From a virus, in IMG/VR virus record IMGVR_UViG_3300045988_005187, positions 1 through 5,467 of that record: 5,467 nucleotides of DNA; one strand, given 5' to 3'. How positions within the stretch are numbered: position 1 is the first letter of the stretch; every line of letters begins with the position of its first letter. A program made the position numbers and the translations under genes. Below the pieces are notes generated by a model that searched no databases, was not told where the DNA came from, and saw only the letters and a list, made by a program, of their open reading frames with translations. Below are positions 5,176 to 5,467 of this stretch, piece by piece.

Positions 5176-5410
5176 AATTTACGCAATCAAAGACGAGCTG
5201 GCGGGAACCTTCGGGAACCTGATGATCGTGAACGCGAAAGTAGCCCAGAGAACCTTTAAGTGGCTGATGAAAGAGACCGAAAAGGCCGACTGCGACGACA
5301 AGCGCATTTACCTGATGGGTACCTACGACAACGAGACCGGCCAGATCACGCCGATCACACCGAAGCTGGTTTACAACCTGGAAGAGGAAAAAAAGCATGA
5401 AAATCTTTAA
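5165..5410 (+). CDS. VP5: VP5-like small non-structural protein of Gokushovirinae, 81 aa. It runs into the terminal repeat.
   Basis: SD GGAAGGA at 5153..5159 lies 5 nt before ATG 5165. MEFEIYAIKDELAGTFGNLMIVNAKVAQRTFKWL...IYLMGTYDNETGQITPITPKLV resembles Chlamydia-phage ORF5 (MKVFTVFDIKTEIYQQPFF...AIRAF...YILYEIGSYDDSNGTFIPLEVPK) from memory. The stop at 5408..5410 overlaps the VP3 ATG. Confidence 0.7.
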   Translation: MEFEIYAIKDELAGTFGNLMIVNAKVAQRTFKWLMKETEKADCDDKRIYLMGTYDNETGQITPITPKLVYNLEEEKKHENL

Positions 5411-5467
5411 ACCCTACGAGGACGAAAAACCGGAAAGCAGACCGAACGACGCCGGGAACATCATGGA
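5369..5467. repeat. Terminal direct repeat, copy 2 (identical to 1..99)
   Basis: See copy 1. It contains the VP5 3' end and the first 71 nt of VP3 (ATG at 5397). Confidence 0.95.
5397..5467 (+). CDS. VP3: Duplicated 5' fragment of VP3 (same sequence as 29..99), truncated by the window end
   Basis: ATGAAAATCTTTAAACCCTACGAG... is identical to 29 onward. Confidence 0.85.
   Translation, partial: MKIFKPYEDEKPESRPNDAGNIM

Noticed and set aside
1-5467. tRNA, rRNA, CRISPR arrays, integrase or transposase genes, and IS-like terminal inverted repeats
   Set aside because: None was seen. The only long repeat is the 99-nt circularisation overlap, and the entire coding capacity is accounted for by phage genes.

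Overview
The window is one complete circular ssDNA phage genome of the family Microviridae, Gokushovirinae-like. The unit length is 5368 nt, and a 99-nt terminal overlap (1..99 is identical to 5369..5467) marks a circular assembly. All credible genes lie on the + strand and are tightly packed, with Shine-Dalgarno sites and several overlapping stop/start junctions. Gene order is VP3 scaffold (29..526), VP1 major capsid (510..2150), VP2 pilot/minor capsid (2163..3110), a 64-aa ribbon-helix-helix (RHH)-like protein (3180..3374), VP4 HUH rolling-circle Rep (3474..4577), a 257-nt non-coding region with two hairpin terminators and a T15 tract, a 39-aa basic J/VP8-like DNA-binding peptide that is missing from the ORF track (4835..4954), a second RHH-like protein (4987..5175), and VP5 (5165..5410, wrapping into the repeat). 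The backbone is an ordinary gokushovirus. The unusual part is two small CopG/Arc-like RHH genes in a 5.4-kb virus. One has its own near-consensus promoter and sits directly upstream of the HUH Rep, separated from it by a perfect 16-bp-arm inverted repeat. This resembles the copG-repB copy-number control cassette of pMV158-type rolling-circle plasmids. All family assignments rest on motifs I recognise by eye. No database search or structure prediction was run.
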